Under the pieces are notes generated by a model that saw only the letters and a program-made list of their open reading frames with translations, did not search any database and had not been told where the DNA came from. From the NCBI GenBank assembly GCA_963706575.1, contig CAVPNL010000009.1:160001-224000 (forward strand): a stretch of DNA of 64,000 nt. Direction: 5' to 3'. Positions 1 through 10,017 of the stretch are shown one piece after another (position 1 is the first letter of the stretch; every line of letters begins with the position of its first letter). The translations under genes and the position numbers were made by a program. This DNA comes from an uncultured delta proteobacterium (lineage in GTDB: Bacteria > Desulfobacterota > Desulfobacteria > Desulfobacterales > JAHEIW01).

Positions 1-253
1 AGCCCACCGCCTTTCAAATATGGAATATCCTTCCACCGAAACGGGGCGCTGGTAGTCACTAGGCATTAACCATTGCGGGGAACGTCACCGGCCCTCAGGA
101 TGAGACATCCCCCCACTTGTGTGATCATTAAACCCAGCCAAATATTTTGCCCCAAAGCCGAAGAAGCAGGTCTTTGATTTTTTGATGAGAACAAAGGCGC
201 TGTGTGATTCTGGGTGCACACAGTGCCGATTGATTGGCTGTTTACGGGGTTCC

Positions 254-1495
254 ATGATAAATACTCCTATCATAGAATTTAAAAATGTTTCCAAGCGATT
301 TGATAATCGGACGATCCTGGATCGAATCAACCTGCAGATTTATGAAGGTGATGTCACCACCATCATCGGTAAAAGCGGCGAAGGCAAAAGCGTTCTGCTC
401 AAGCACATCACCGGCCTGCTGAGACCCGACGAAGGCAGCGTTTTATTCCGGGGCCAACCGATCGAAAAAATGAGCCGCAAAGAATGGAATAGCTACCTCG
501 CGCAGATCAGCTATATGTTTCAGAATAATGCCCTTTTTGACTCCAAGACGGTTTATCAAAATGTAGCCATGCCTCTGAGAAAATTTAGCCAACTCAGCAA
601 ATCACAAGTTCGAGAAAAGATAATGGCGCGCCTGGAACAAACCGAGCTGACGGATGTGGCTCAAAAATATCCGTCCGAGCTCTCCGGCGGAATGCAAAAG
701 CGAGCGGCTTTGGCCCGGGCGCTGGTTACAGATCCGAAAATCGTCCTGTTTGACGAATTGACCACCGGACAGGATCCCATTCGCCGAAATGCCATCCTGG
801 GAATGATTGCTGAATATAAAATGAAATTCGGCTTTACGGCCGTTTTGATCAGTCATGACATTCCGGATGTGTTTTTTATCTCCAACCGCATTCTGGCGCT
901 TTACGATAAAAAAATTGTTTTTCAGGGGACACCTGAAGCATTCGAAGAATTTGATCATCCCTTTTACGATGAAATCATCACCAGTCTCGAAGATTTGCAG
1001 CATGAGCTGACCGGCCTGCATTCCAGGCGCCAGTTCAAAGTACGCTATCAAACCGATCTGGCCCGCAAAAATGGACACCGCCAATTTGCGGTTGTCATTT
1101 TCGCCCTTGAAAATTTGGATGGCATTATTGAAGAACTGGGTCACACAGCGGCTCAGAATGGAATCCGAACCATGGGGGATTACATCAATAAACACTTCGG
1201 CACGGTCGGAGGATTTTCAATGCGGCGCAGAATCGACCAATTCAGTACGGTACTGCCGTTTTCGGACCTGGATGAAGCCCGGTGCATTTTAGAAGATTTT
1301 ATCACAGATTTTCGGAAAAACGGGCTGATCAGCATTGAGAATGCCGCCAGAGAGGTCAATCCTGCGGTGCGCTGCTTTGAGTTCTCAATCAGTGCCGGGT
1401 TGGCCCGCGGAAATCCAAATGTCGAGTTGGATTCCATTATGGCGTTTGCCGACTTTAATCGGGAACCGATTGCTCAGTTTCAGTGCAATATTTAG
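254..1495 (+). CDS. MlaF/Ttg2A-like ABC transporter ATP-binding protein fused to a degenerate GGDEF domain
   Basis: Walker A GKSGEGKS, signature LSGGMQKR, Walker B LFDE, H-loop SHD. C-terminal part ELTGLHSRRQF...LGH...RRRIDQF resembles GGDEF. Start moved to ATG 254 (MINTPIIEF). Confidence 0.85.
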   Translation: MINTPIIEFKNVSKRFDNRTILDRINLQIYEGDVTTIIGKSGEGKSVLLKHITGLLRPDEGSVLFRGQPIEKMSRKEWNSYLAQISYMFQNNALFDSKTVYQNVAMPLRKFSQLSKSQVREKIMARLEQTELTDVAQKYPSELSGGMQKRAALARALVTDPKIVLFDELTTGQDPIRRNAILGMIAEYKMKFGFTAVLISHDIPDVFFISNRILALYDKKIVFQGTPEAFEEFDHPFYDEIITSLEDLQHELTGLHSRRQFKVRYQTDLARKNGHRQFAVVIFALENLDGIIEELGHTAAQNGIRTMGDYINKHFGTVGGFSMRRRIDQFSTVLPFSDLDEARCILEDFITDFRKNGLISIENAAREVNPAVRCFEFSISAGLARGNPNVELDSIMAFADFNREPIAQFQCNI

Positions 1496-2301
1496 GTACT
1501 AAATTCAGCAGCCTTTCTATAACCTGCCTCAAGCGCTTCAGTTATGATGGCCTTAAACGCTTTTTTTTCCAGGGTAAACGTAATTTCAGTGGAAATGCCT
1601 CCCGGCGTGCTGGCTTCGCTGATTAAATTATAAGGAGACACTTGCCGGGTGTTCCACAGCTCCATTGAACCGTTAATCGTATGATATGCAATCTTTGTTG
1701 ATGTCTTCCGATCAATACCCAATCTCACGGCTGTATCAATGATCGCTTGAAAAAACAGGTGCGTTGTCACCGGACTGCTGAGAGCGGTAACCGCGTTGAT
1801 CTTATCTTCCTGCAAAATAACATATTCTCCCAGACAGGAAAAAAGTTCGATTACATCATTTTTTTGTGTTTTGCTGACGTAGGGATTAAAAGCCAGCGCC
1901 GCAATGCCTTTGCCGATCAGGCTGGGAGGATTGGGCAGGGCTCTTATAACCGGTAGATGCTCTCCTAAAACCGTGTATGTTTTCATGGGGATGCCGGCCG
2001 CCAGGCTGATGATGGCTTTGTCTTTTGGAAATTCCTGTTCTCTTAATTCATTTAAAACCGGAACCACAACCTGGGGCAGAACATTGAAAAATATGAAATC
2101 GGCAGCGCCCAGTGCCTGTTGATTGCTATCCGCTGTTTGAACAGCAAATTTTTTTTGGAGCGATTCCAGTTTTTGGAGATCAGGGTCACTGACAACCAGC
2201 TGGCTCCCGGTCGTTTTTCCGGATCGGGTCAGATTCTCAAGAATGATGCTGGTGATGTGCCCTCCGCCGATAAAAGCAATGGTGCGCTGCTTTAATGCCA
2301 T
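1492..2301 (-). CDS. proC: Pyrroline-5-carboxylate reductase family protein
   Basis: N-terminal IAFIGGG Rossmann motif, ISLAAG, RALPN and C-terminal STPGG motif. Confidence 0.8.
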   Translation of the reverse strand: MALKQRTIAFIGGGHITSIILENLTRSGKTTGSQLVVSDPDLQKLESLQKKFAVQTADSNQQALGAADFIFFNVLPQVVVPVLNELREQEFPKDKAIISLAAGIPMKTYTVLGEHLPVIRALPNPPSLIGKGIAALAFNPYVSKTQKNDVIELFSCLGEYVILQEDKINAVTALSSPVTTHLFFQAIIDTAVRLGIDRKTSTKIAYHTINGSMELWNTRQVSPYNLISEASTPGGISTEITFTLEKKAFKAIITEALEAGYRKAAEFST

Positions 2302-4094
2302 TTATCCTTCTCCTTTTGCCCGTTTGTCCCTATGTTTGACTCCAGCATTTTTTTAAATCGTCCCTCCAATCTGGCGCACGGATAAAAACCCAATTCCTTC
2401 AAATTGCCGGTAACATCGACAGGCAGCGCTTGGCTTTCGACTTTTTGATTCAGGATACCGCCAATTAAAACGGGGAGCCTTATTTTTTGCCGGGCCAATG
2501 CTTCTCTCAATTGTTTTGCATATTCAAGTGCCATCCCGTTATGGGTGCTGACTAATATCGCCTCCGCGTTTTGGGTATTTGCTTCTGAAACGATCTCATC
2601 CGGATTTACCTCAGCGCCCAGATATATCATTTCAGCACCGGCTTCAGAAAGAAGCTGGCTGATAACCGTTACGGCATGCTCATGCACATCGGTTGATGCG
2701 ATCAGCAATCGGCGCCCGCCTAAAAGGGTTCTCATTTTCGAGGTGACAAACATCTGCCGATACTCATTGAAATATTTATTGGACATTTCGAAAACATCCG
2801 TCGGTTCGATAGGGACTCGCCCCCTGATAAAATCTTCCTGGACCTTACCGGCCCCGAACATTTCTTCGAAAACGGCCGGTCCGAGATTTTTGAGCACAAA
2901 CAGCATTTGAACAGGGTCGGTAATATCGACACCGGCTTCCTTCAATCCGTCTAAGGCGTTATCAAATACAGATTTTCCGGCAGCTAGGATGGTGTCGCAG
3001 AATTGATAGGCTTCGCGGAAGTCAAAATGGTAAAAGAGTTTTCGAGCCGCTTTTTCGATTTGGCGACCGAATTTTTGGGCTTCGGCGATTTCTTCAGCCG
3101 AAGGGATTCTTAATGCTTCGGTAACCGGCAGCGGCAGCACGGCATGGCCGGTGGGACATTCAAGCTGGGCCATAATATCCCAGAGCAGATATTCTGCCAC
3201 CACCCCCTGGTTCAGGGTGAAGTCCGGGGAAAAAGAAAGGGTATCACCGTAAAACATGGATCCCACACAATCGGGTGCATGAATTTTGTGCAGCGCAAAC
3301 ACCCAACCGGCTCTTTTTATGGGATCGGTCGTCAAGCCGCCAATACAATGCGCCAGTTTGGCTCCCAGAAGGTTTTCGACAATATAGTTTTCCAGATAGG
3401 CCCATCCGGCCACGGTGGCACAATCGTAAAAAAGGGCGCCGAAGCCGTCTTCGAGGTAGGAGTGCACCATTGTGCCCTTTTTTCTCAAGGCTCCCATAAT
3501 TGCGATGGCCTTCACTGTTTCGGCAGCAGTTACGGCTTTATCCTTCCACAGCGGAACTTCATGCGCAAAAAATTGGGATAGATTTCCAATGGTGGTCACT
3601 CCGGCTTTCAGCGCCAGGATGGTGTTGTCGGTCGATGCGGGAAATCCGATCATAAAATCGCCCATGTGAGGCTGGATGGGCGCCGTTTGTCCGACCTGTT
3701 TCCAATCTTTTATGGAATCCAACATGGGGCCGGTTTCGGCCGGTATGTTTTTTCGGTGTGCTTTGGGTAATCCCATGCGTCGATCCAGGCAAATTCCGGC
3801 GCGGTCCACCATGAACCCATTCTCTTCAGCGGTATTATCAAGCAGCGTCAACGCCGCCACCGTCGAATTCCATGAATTCATTCCAATATGGGCATGAAAC
3901 ATGATGGTGTTTTCCTGCATGCACCTTTTTTTATATTCCAATTCAGATGCGACCCCCATTTTATTCATGAAAGCGGTGCGGCCGATTCGAATATCTCTGG
4001 CAATCGCCTGCCCCGCGTTTGTAATTGCCCGGCTTGAAGGCAAATCTGTCCTTAAAATCTCCTGAACGGTTTTATGGAATTTCGAAAATTTCAT
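2292..4094 (-). CDS. Cobalamin-dependent mutase-like protein (TIM barrel plus C-terminal B12-binding domain)
   Basis: C-terminal STDVHEHA (DxHxxG-like), YLG, ILVSTH, VLIGG. PVTEALRIPS resembles the EAxxxP motif of AdoCbl mutases. Confidence 0.75.
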   Translation of the reverse strand: MKFSKFHKTVQEILRTDLPSSRAITNAGQAIARDIRIGRTAFMNKMGVASELEYKKRCMQENTIMFHAHIGMNSWNSTVAALTLLDNTAEENGFMVDRAGICLDRRMGLPKAHRKNIPAETGPMLDSIKDWKQVGQTAPIQPHMGDFMIGFPASTDNTILALKAGVTTIGNLSQFFAHEVPLWKDKAVTAAETVKAIAIMGALRKKGTMVHSYLEDGFGALFYDCATVAGWAYLENYIVENLLGAKLAHCIGGLTTDPIKRAGWVFALHKIHAPDCVGSMFYGDTLSFSPDFTLNQGVVAEYLLWDIMAQLECPTGHAVLPLPVTEALRIPSAEEIAEAQKFGRQIEKAARKLFYHFDFREAYQFCDTILAAGKSVFDNALDGLKEAGVDITDPVQMLFVLKNLGPAVFEEMFGAGKVQEDFIRGRVPIEPTDVFEMSNKYFNEYRQMFVTSKMRTLLGGRRLLIASTDVHEHAVTVISQLLSEAGAEMIYLGAEVNPDEIVSEANTQNAEAILVSTHNGMALEYAKQLREALARQKIRLPVLIGGILNQKVESQALPVDVTGNLKELGFYPCARLEGRFKKMLESNIGTNGQKEKDKWH

Positions 4095-4339
4095 TGGATT
4101 GTTTTCTTATCCTTAAACAGGATTTGATCTAAAGTTTTTCTTTAGATAAGACTGCCGGGAACAGATGGTTTTGTAAAGAAAAAATTTGATGTATGGCGGC
4201 CGAAGGTAGGTATATCCTGTCTAAAATAAAACAAAGCAAGATATACTTATTTCCCTTTTCGCGCCTTTTTGCTACATGTTTATCTGTAGGTACAGTTCGT
4301 TGTAAAAGCTGAATTCTGCTAGACGATTTACGATCAGGT

Positions 4340-5596
4340 GTGGGTAACATCAGAAAAATGAATCATTTACACCAAAGCATCAAATGGCAGCAGGAGGCAA
4401 ACTCAATATCTGACCGGCTCTGGGATGTTGTCATCGTCGGTGCCGGTCCGGCCGGTGGGATTGCGGCCGCCCACCTTGCAGCAAGCCATCACCGGGTTTT
4501 ACTATTGGATCGTAAAAAGTTTCCGCGCGAAAAAGTATGCGGCGACGGCCTGCTGCCGGATGCTTTGCGCTGTCTGGACGCCATTGGTGTCGGGAAAATC
4601 GTTCGCGCCGCCGGTCACAAAATCAGCGCCAGCGTTTTTGTTAGCCCTTCCCTAAACGAAGTCGAAATACCCGGTGAGTATCTGACCATAAAACGCAATC
4701 TTTTGGATATGATCGTTGCTCAAAAGGCCGTTGATATCGGTGCTGTTTTTGCGTGTGGTGAAGTGAAACAGCTGGTGGTTGAACCTGATGGCCGGGTGTC
4801 TTTCACGATCCGGGGAAGTGAAAAGAGAATTCAAGCGCGAATCGGGATTCTGGCAACCGGTGTGAATATCCGGCTATTTCGCAAACTGAACTGGGCCGCC
4901 AGAAAAAAGACCAGTGGCGTTGCTCTGCGATGTTATGTACGCTCTTCACTGGCTCTTGACCGATTGGTCATTTCATTTTTCAGTCATAACAGACGAACGG
5001 TCCCTGGCTATGGGTGGATTTTTCCCATGCGAGATCATGAATACAACCTCGGTTGCGGCATTTTCTCTCCGGATCGAGTTGCCAACTCCACCATTAATTT
5101 TAAGAAAAAATTTAAAGAATTTATCGATTCTTACCCCCTGGCACGGGATCTGATGCAGCAGAGCGATAGAACAACAGCCTTGCGAGCAGCGACGTTGCGG
5201 TATAATTTTGAAGGCGCCTACCCGTTCGTAAACGGCCCCATTGTCGCCGTGGGGGAAACCATTGGAACGACATTGCCGTTTATCGGCGAAGGCATCGGCA
5301 AAGCCATGGAATCCGGCCAACTGGCGGCTGAAGCCATCAGCAGCGCATTGAACTCAGACGATTTGAGCAAACTGTCACGATATCATCATCAAATAGAATT
5401 CGAATTTAAGACTCACTATCAAGGGTATCGGCAGGCTGAAAAATGGCTGGCAAGGCCCCAGGTAAATGATTTCATCATAAACCGATTTGGAAATAGCAGA
5501 TATGCAAAAAAAATCCTGACCGATGTTATTGCTGAAACCAAAAATCCGAGAGATATTTTTTCTTTAAAAGGTATTTTTAAATCACTCTGGAACTAA
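4340..5596 (+). CDS. Geranylgeranyl reductase family FAD-dependent oxidoreductase
   Basis: DVVIVGAGPAG, FPREKVCGDGL, GYGWIFP, GEGIGKAMESG. The start could be ATG 4358. Confidence 0.9.
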   Translation: MGNIRKMNHLHQSIKWQQEANSISDRLWDVVIVGAGPAGGIAAAHLAASHHRVLLLDRKKFPREKVCGDGLLPDALRCLDAIGVGKIVRAAGHKISASVFVSPSLNEVEIPGEYLTIKRNLLDMIVAQKAVDIGAVFACGEVKQLVVEPDGRVSFTIRGSEKRIQARIGILATGVNIRLFRKLNWAARKKTSGVALRCYVRSSLALDRLVISFFSHNRRTVPGYGWIFPMRDHEYNLGCGIFSPDRVANSTINFKKKFKEFIDSYPLARDLMQQSDRTTALRAATLRYNFEGAYPFVNGPIVAVGETIGTTLPFIGEGIGKAMESGQLAAEAISSALNSDDLSKLSRYHHQIEFEFKTHYQGYRQAEKWLARPQVNDFIINRFGNSRYAKKILTDVIAETKNPRDIFSLKGIFKSLWN

Positions 5597-5740
5597 ATGA
5601 CCGGGTTGAGTTCATGTTTCTTAAACACCAGGTGTGGTCCTGAATAACGGATTTGCCGGTCCCTGATTTCCGGAAGCAAAGAATATAATCGAATTCGAAT
5701 CGAACGGTGAACGCCGTTGATTCGAGATGGTTTCTTTTGC

Positions 5741-5769
5741 TTGACATTTTACGTGAAAATGCTTATAAT
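5741..5769 (+). promoter_or_regulatory. Perfect-consensus sigma70 promoter
   Basis: TTGACA (5741-5746), 17 nt spacer, TATAAT (5764-5769). Confidence 0.7.
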
Positions 5770-5993
5770 ATATTGAAAAATTTAGAAATAATTTAGTTAT
5801 TAACCATTGCACAGAAACGAAACTCTTCCGTTTGAAATTTTGCCTTGATATATTCAGCTTCGAAGGTTATCCATCCTGGAGCTTGACTCCTGCTCTTAAA
5901 TGAAAGTAAACTTTTCACAGACGGTTTCATTTTCGCCTGACAATTTATTTGTGCGCATTTAACCCATGGGTCCACCAAGATTATAGAAAAATT

Positions 5994-8900
5994 ATGAGAC
6001 TCTGCCCCAAATGTGACCAGCCGGTTGCCGAAGACATTACCCTGTGTCCGGCCTGCGGCAACGAAATCGGTGAAGGCCGCAAATACATCGACGATTACCG
6101 GATCGTTGATATTCTGCACGAAGGCCATTCGAGTTTCCTTTGCCGGGCTATTCGGGAACGAACCGGCGAGATGGTCATGATCCGCCTGTTTACTCCCGAA
6201 TCGGGGGTCGACGAAGGAGTGGCGGATAGGCTAAAGCAGGAGCTGGAACGCCTCAAAAAGCTGCCTGATAAAGGCTTCGTCCGCCATTATGCCATAAGAC
6301 AATCAAGCGACGGATTTTGGTACCGGATCAGCGAGTGGATCGACACCGAAAGCTGGGGGTCTTTGCTGACATCCGGCCGCCTGAACAATCGCCAGATAGT
6401 CTTTGATCTGTTTTACCAGATGGCTTCCATCCTTACCGTGCTTCATAATGAAGGTTACTTTATTCCCCACCTCATCTTAAACGACATTATGCTGGTAAGG
6501 GCTGAAAGTGGAAGGCTCGAAGTCAAAATCGATTATAAGCTTTCACGGTTTTTTGATCCCAAGCTCGACCGCCCCGGACCCATGCTAAAAAAATTGCTGA
6601 ACGTCCACCCGGATATCGTCAACCATCGCCCCCTTGATTTCAGAAGCGATATCTGGTCGCTGGGTAAAATTTTTGTAGAGCTGCTTTCAGCCGATCTGGA
6701 AACCACTGATTATCTGGCCAAAGTCGATGAGCTTCATTTGCCGGAAGCGGCTAAAGTTCTGCTGAAAGTCATGCTGGCCGATGATCCGGATATACGGCCC
6801 CGATCCACGGCCGAAGTGGCAGTGTCATTGGCCCGCATTAAAGAAAGGCCCGTTGAAGCAGACGAGGAACCAACAGCGGAGCAACCGCCGCCCCCGGCTG
6901 CAGCCGCGCGCAGGTTAACGATAAAAGGGTTGCAGAATCGCATTAGTGTGCTGGCCATTTTAATTATCATTTTATCTGTTGCCGGTGTTGTGGCCTGGTA
7001 TCAGCTCAGCCAGCGGAAAGCAGGATTTGAAAACCGCATGGAAGATTATGCCAATCAATACTCCCCATCGATTGCTTTTATACTGGTCGAGTACTGGTTG
7101 GATCTCGGAAATGAAAAAATGTATCGTAATCTGGCGGAGGGCACTGGCTTTTTGGTAGACAGCGACGGCTATATGCTGACCAGCCGGCACGTTGTTTGCC
7201 CCTGGCTGGAGGACTCCAACCTGTTGGCCACCGTTTATCATTTCAGAGAAATGGAGAAGATACCGGAATTAAAATACCGGATATTTTTATGGTTTGAGGG
7301 TGCCCGGGCCTTTAACCGCGTCTCCCGCCTGCTTGAAAGTCCGGATTTAACCGATGTGTATTTTATTGAAAATGCCTTCAGCAACGAATCCGAACCCCGG
7401 CTGTCGATTGCCGGTGTGCCCAAATCGCCGCTTCAAACCCGTCAGATAATTACATCGCCGCTTAAAGATGATTTTGCCGTTATAAAAATTGACCGCGTGC
7501 CTGAGGGGCTGGAGCCACTGCCGTTGGACTTAAAACTGGATTCCAAAAACATTCCCAAGCTCTCGCGACTTATTGCTATCGGGTTTCCCCTGGGCAGCCG
7601 AACCCAGGACGATATCGTTAACGCCAGTGTAACCGGGGGCAATGTGCGCCGATCTTTTGAAAATGTGATTCAGGTCGATACGTCTCTTTATGGCGGCAAC
7701 AGCGGTGGACCTATTATCGATGCGCGAGGCAAAGTGATCGGTATCGCCGCCGGTGTCGCCATGGATGTTGCCCAGGGGCTGATGCCGACCGCAACCCCCC
7801 GCTGGGACCTGGGCATGGTATTGCCCATAACGAATGCTGCCAGGTTTCTTGAGGAATTAAAGGCGGGTCAGTCCAAATGGAATGGCGAACTGGATTTTTC
7901 AATTGAGAAAACGCTGAAAAAGATTAAATTAAAAGCCGCCGAGGGCCTGTGGGCCGAGGCACAGGCTTTGGCCGATGAAGAACTCAAGGGCAACCCGCAA
8001 CCGGAAATGATTATGGCGGCCGGCATGATGCATTATTGTACCGGGGATAACAAAGGCGCCAGGAAGCTGTTTTCCGAAACCCTTTCCATGGATCCTGAAA
8101 ATCCGGAAGCCCGGCTGATGCTCTTTTTAACCGACTGGCTTGTCGGGAACGGCGAGATAAGTTCTTACCGTGATGCCTTGCTGACTGTAGACTGGCGTTC
8201 TTCGGCAGAATTTCAAGGACATTTGGTTCGGGTTCTGGAGGGCTTGATCGATGAGGTTTCGGCTTTAGACAGCTGGCATACCGAGGCTGAAAAAAGCTGG
8301 CTGAATTATGCGGTCAGCCTTATCCGGATCGAGGGTCAGGATTTGGAGGGGGCCGAAAAGCTGCTGAGAGAAGCGGTGCTTACCGCTGATTCGGATGCAT
8401 GGGAGTTTTTCGTGGCGAGTGCCAAACTGGAGCAATTGCAGAAACGCCGTCGAAAAACGTTGAAGACCGAGGCCCAGTGGAAGGATTACAACAAGGACAT
8501 CGAGGCGTTTAATAATAGCGTTAAGGATAAACTAGAGCTGGATGTAAAGCTTAAAGCCGAGTTATCCCCATTGATGGCCACATTTATTGATGAGACAGTG
8601 GCGATCAATGAAAAACAGGAGGTGCTTAAAAAAATAGCGGAGATATATCCCAAAAACCGCAAAATCTATGTGGCCCTTGCCTTTTACAGTGCTGCTGACG
8701 AGGACTGGACCCAGTCACTGGAATACATCCGCACTTTTTTAGATGGCGGCGGCCGCCAAAACGCAGATCGAATGAGCTTAGGGATTCTGGAAGCCGGGAT
8801 ATTAAATCAGCAGGGTCTAGCGGATGAAACCCGCGCCAGTCTCGAGGCCTTTGTCGGTCGCACCATGGATCCCTGGTATCTGACGATCAGCGACTATCTA

Positions 8901-9128
8901 TTGGGCAAACAGACTGAGAGATCACTGCTGGAACAGGCCGGAGAAAGCCCGGAGAACCTCCTGACTGCGCATAGCGCCGTGGGGTTATGGGCTGAAGGCA
9001 GGGGAGACAACCAAAAAGCGATTAAACACTACCGTGAAGCGCTGGGCTCTTTTCTGGATACATGGCTCGAATACGATTTTTCCAAAGAGCGCCTCAAGCG
9101 GCTGAAACAGCCACAGCCTTCCGGCTAG
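5994..9128 (+). CDS. Zn-ribbon / Ser-Thr (pseudo)kinase / TM / trypsin-like serine protease / TPR multidomain membrane protein
   Basis: CPKC..CPAC; kinase subdomain IX DFRSDIWSLG; hydrophobic TM ISVLAILIIILSVAGVVAW; trypsin motifs TSRHV, DDFAV, GNSGGP; TPR-like helical tail. Start moved to ATG 5994. Confidence 0.85.
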   Translation: MRLCPKCDQPVAEDITLCPACGNEIGEGRKYIDDYRIVDILHEGHSSFLCRAIRERTGEMVMIRLFTPESGVDEGVADRLKQELERLKKLPDKGFVRHYAIRQSSDGFWYRISEWIDTESWGSLLTSGRLNNRQIVFDLFYQMASILTVLHNEGYFIPHLILNDIMLVRAESGRLEVKIDYKLSRFFDPKLDRPGPMLKKLLNVHPDIVNHRPLDFRSDIWSLGKIFVELLSADLETTDYLAKVDELHLPEAAKVLLKVMLADDPDIRPRSTAEVAVSLARIKERPVEADEEPTAEQPPPPAAAARRLTIKGLQNRISVLAILIIILSVAGVVAWYQLSQRKAGFENRMEDYANQYSPSIAFILVEYWLDLGNEKMYRNLAEGTGFLVDSDGYMLTSRHVVCPWLEDSNLLATVYHFREMEKIPELKYRIFLWFEGARAFNRVSRLLESPDLTDVYFIENAFSNESEPRLSIAGVPKSPLQTRQIITSPLKDDFAVIKIDRVPEGLEPLPLDLKLDSKNIPKLSRLIAIGFPLGSRTQDDIVNASVTGGNVRRSFENVIQVDTSLYGGNSGGPIIDARGKVIGIAAGVAMDVAQGLMPTATPRWDLGMVLPITNAARFLEELKAGQSKWNGELDFSIEKTLKKIKLKAAEGLWAEAQALADEELKGNPQPEMIMAAGMMHYCTGDNKGARKLFSETLSMDPENPEARLMLFLTDWLVGNGEISSYRDALLTVDWRSSAEFQGHLVRVLEGLIDEVSALDSWHTEAEKSWLNYAVSLIRIEGQDLEGAEKLLREAVLTADSDAWEFFVASAKLEQLQKRRRKTLKTEAQWKDYNKDIEAFNNSVKDKLELDVKLKAELSPLMATFIDETVAINEKQEVLKKIAEIYPKNRKIYVALAFYSAADEDWTQSLEYIRTFLDGGGRQNADRMSLGILEAGILNQQGLADETRASLEAFVGRTMDPWYLTISDYLLGKQTERSLLEQAGESPENLLTAHSAVGLWAEGRGDNQKAIKHYREALGSFLDTWLEYDFSKERLKRLKQPQPSG

Positions 9129-9242
9129 CCTTTCGATTTTAGATTGCGGATTTCGGATTTATTCCTCACAAGGCAAATGCGGCTTGTCTCATTAATCCAG
9201 TAGTCAAATACCCAATACCCAATACCCTCAATCTCTAATTCT

Positions 9243-9920
9243 CTATTTTATAATTCCGTAGTCTCGTGCCAGATCCTCATTATAACGTGCTTTCCTGCCC
9301 GGACACCTTTCTCGCTGGCATAGCTGGCAGTTAAAAAAAGAAACCTCGGTCTGAAAATAAATTCCGGATACGGATTTTGTGGGTATCATCAAAAAGGATT
9401 TGTTCAGGCGAACGCCGATGGACGCCTCAACCTCCGGCAGGAGTTGAAATAACTGGCGTTGGGCCTCAACAGGCCAGTCTTGCAACGATCCAGGACTCAT
9501 AAACGAAATTTTTTTAAAGGCAAATTTGCTGCAAAGGTGATCATGAAGTTGTCTGCGGACAGCCGTCAATGCAATATTGCCGATAACATCCAGATAATAC
9601 GCTTCCAGCAGATCGCTCGTCTTGCCGGTTGCCTGTTCCAGTGCGGCACCGATCGAAACCACGTACGGGAAAATGCGTTCCACTTCATTTAGATTTTTGC
9701 GCAACACCTTACTTTCCAGACGCAAACCATTAACGATAACCGCATCTTGCAGCTTTTCATCGATATAACACACCTTAAATGCAGCTTTGGGCTCAATAAG
9801 GGTTTTCGCCTTGTCGATGAGACGCTGCGCCAATTGAGAATCCCCTTGCCGATCCAGGCGCAGGGACTTTCTGACCTCCTGGAGGTCGATTTGCGTTGTT
9901 AAATTTTGTAAAATTTCCAT
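9243..9920 (-). CDS. Stand-alone vitamin B12-dependent methionine synthase activation-domain protein
   Basis: MSPGSLQDWP, LMIPTKSVSG and C-terminal CxxCxxxxCPGR. Confidence 0.8.
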   Translation of the reverse strand: MEILQNLTTQIDLQEVRKSLRLDRQGDSQLAQRLIDKAKTLIEPKAAFKVCYIDEKLQDAVIVNGLRLESKVLRKNLNEVERIFPYVVSIGAALEQATGKTSDLLEAYYLDVIGNIALTAVRRQLHDHLCSKFAFKKISFMSPGSLQDWPVEAQRQLFQLLPEVEASIGVRLNKSFLMIPTKSVSGIYFQTEVSFFNCQLCQRERCPGRKARYNEDLARDYGIIK

Positions 9921-10017
9921 AGCGATAAAACTTGTAATTATGTCTTGTATTTAACCCTGGCAATTTATCCTAATTGATGGCTTTTGTAAAATGGTATCCT
10001 TCACGTATGAAAAGATA

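Noticed and set aside
1..253. Possible riboswitch/ncRNA or gene end at the window start
   Set aside because: Only fragmentary resemblance to cobalamin-riboswitch words on the minus strand. There is no complete motif, and the short reading frames are uninformative.
9131..9245. Heptamer runs (GATTTCG-like, AATACCC) here and at 10419-10440 and 34790-34820
   Set aside because: Solo arms without a matching inverted partner. They are probably remnants of the repeat family and are not listed separately.
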